A stretch of 64,000 bases of DNA from Macrostomum lignano (lineage: Eukaryota), in assembly GCA_002269645.1 (NCBI GenBank), contig NIVC01000392.1, positions 186,001 through 250,000 of the forward strand. The letters run 5' to 3'. Below the pieces are notes generated by a model, which made no database searches, was not told the origin of the DNA, and saw nothing but the letters and a program-made list of their open reading frames with translations. Below, one piece after another: positions 62,165 through 64,000 of this stretch. The translations under genes were made by a program, and so were the position numbers. The stretch's first letter is position 1, and every line of letters begins with the position of its first letter.

Positions 62165-64000
62165 GATGAGACACTGGAGTTACAGATAAGACACTGGGGT
62201 TACAGATGAGACACTGGGGTTACAGATGAGACACTGGGGTTACAGATGAGACACTGGAGTTACAGATGAGACACTGGGGTTACAGATGAGACACTGGGGT
62301 TACAGATGAGACACTGGGGTTACAGATAAGACACTGGGGTTACAGATGAGACACTGGGGTTACAGATGAGACTGAGACACTGGAGTTACAGATGAGACAC
62401 TGGAGTTACAGATAAGACACTGGAGTTACAGATAAGACACTGGAGTTACAGATGAGACACTGGGGTTACAGATAAGACACTGGAGTTACAGATGAGACAC
62501 TGGGGTTACAGATGAGACTGAGACACTGGAGTTACAGATGAGACACTGGAGTTACAGATAAGACACTGGAGTTACAGATGAGACACTGGGGTTACAGATG
62601 AGACACTGGGGTTACAGATAAGACACTGGAGTTACAGATGAGACACTGGGGTTACAGATGAGACACTGGAGTTACAGATGAGACACTGGAGTTACAGATA
62701 AGACACTGGAGTTACAGATAAGACACTGGAGTTACAGATAAGACACTGGGGTTACAGATAAGACACTGAGGTTACAGATGAGACACTGGAGTTACAGATA
62801 AGACACTGGAGTTACAGATGAGACACTGGGGTTACAGATGAGACACTGGGGTTACAGATAAGACACTGGAGTTACAGATGAGACACTGGAGTTACAGATG
62901 AGACACTGGGGTTACAGATGAGACACTGGAGTTACAGATGAGACACTGGGGTTACAGATGAGACACTGGAGTTACAGATGAGACACTGGGGTTACAGATG
63001 AGACACTGGAGTTACAGATAAGACACTGGAGTTACAGATGAGACTGAGACACTGGAGTTACAGATGAGACACTGGAGTTACAGATAAGACACTGGAGTTA
63101 CAGATGAGACACTGGGGTTACAGATGAGACACTGGGGTTACAGATAAGACACTGGAGTTACAGATGAGACACTGGGGTTACAGATGAGACACTGGAGTTA
63201 CAGATGAGACACTGGAGTTACAGATAAGACACTGGAGTTACAGATAAGACACTGGAGTTACAGATAAGACACTGGAGTTACAGATGAGACACTGGGGTTA
63301 CAGATGAGACTGAGACACTGGAGTTACAGATGAGACACTGGAGTTACAGATAAGACACTGGAGTTACAGATGAGACACTGGGGTTACAGATGAGACACTG
63401 GGGTTACAGATAAGACACTGGAGTTACAGATGAGACACTGGGGTTACAGATGAGACACTGGAGTTACAGATGAGACACTGGAGTTACAGATAAGACACTG
63501 GAGTTACAGATAAGACACTGGAGTTACAGATAAGACACTGGGGTTACAGATAAGACACTGAGGTTACAGATGAGACACTGGAGTTACAGATAAGACACTG
63601 GAGTTACAGATAAGACACTGGGGTTACAGATGAGACACTGGGGTTACAGATGAGACACTGGGGTTACAGATGAGACACTGGAGTTACAGATGAGACAATG
63701 GAGTTATAGATGAGACACTGGAGTTACAGATGAGACACTGGAGTTACAGATGAGACACTGGAGTTATAGATGAGACACTGGAGTTACAGATGAGACACTG
63801 GGGTTACAGATGAGACACTGGAGTTACAGATGAGACACTGGGGTTACAGATGAGACACTGGAGTTACAGATGAGACTGAGACACTGGAGTTACAGATGAG
63901 ACACTGGAGTTACAGATAAGACACTGGAGTTACAGATAAGACACTGGGGTTACAGATGAGACACTGGGGTTACAGATAAGACACTGGAGTTACAGATGAG
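62165..64000. repeat. 20-bp satellite (GAGACACTGG[A/G]GTTACAGAT)n, runs off the right edge
   Basis: About 90 copies; GATGAG/GATAAG and GGAG/GGGG variants, occasional 25-bp units. Confidence 0.97.

Overview
Eukaryotic (animal) genomic DNA with GT-AG introns, GC-rich exons and AT-rich, repeat-dense intergenic sequence. The style (TTAGGG tracts, minisatellite-filled introns) suggests an invertebrate, possibly a free-living flatworm, but that is a weak inference. Five genes were reconstructed by hand with consistent splice phases: the 5' part of a CPT1-type carnitine palmitoyltransferase (-, runs off the left edge); a complete p38 MAPK (+, 4 exons, 359 aa, TGY, atypical DLG); an MFSD8-like MFS transporter (+, 3 exons, 534 aa); an 11-exon, 918-aa type I membrane protein with an LDLa-like module, FN3 repeats and a short tail (-); and an AIG1/GIMAP GTPase ending in CaaX (+, exon 2 disrupted). 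Mobile DNA includes a ~10.8-kb head-to-tail array of non-autonomous Helitron-like units with telomere-like tracts, a Merlin element with a nested MITE, two hAT-type MITEs with perfect 8-bp TSDs, Tc1 remnants, an LTR with a tRNA-Leu PBS, LINE fragments, a tRNA-derived SINE and a satellite-carrying TIR element. About 20 distinct minisatellites occur, nearly one per large intron, and most ORFs in the supplied track are artefacts of them. All coordinates were read by eye; no searches were run.
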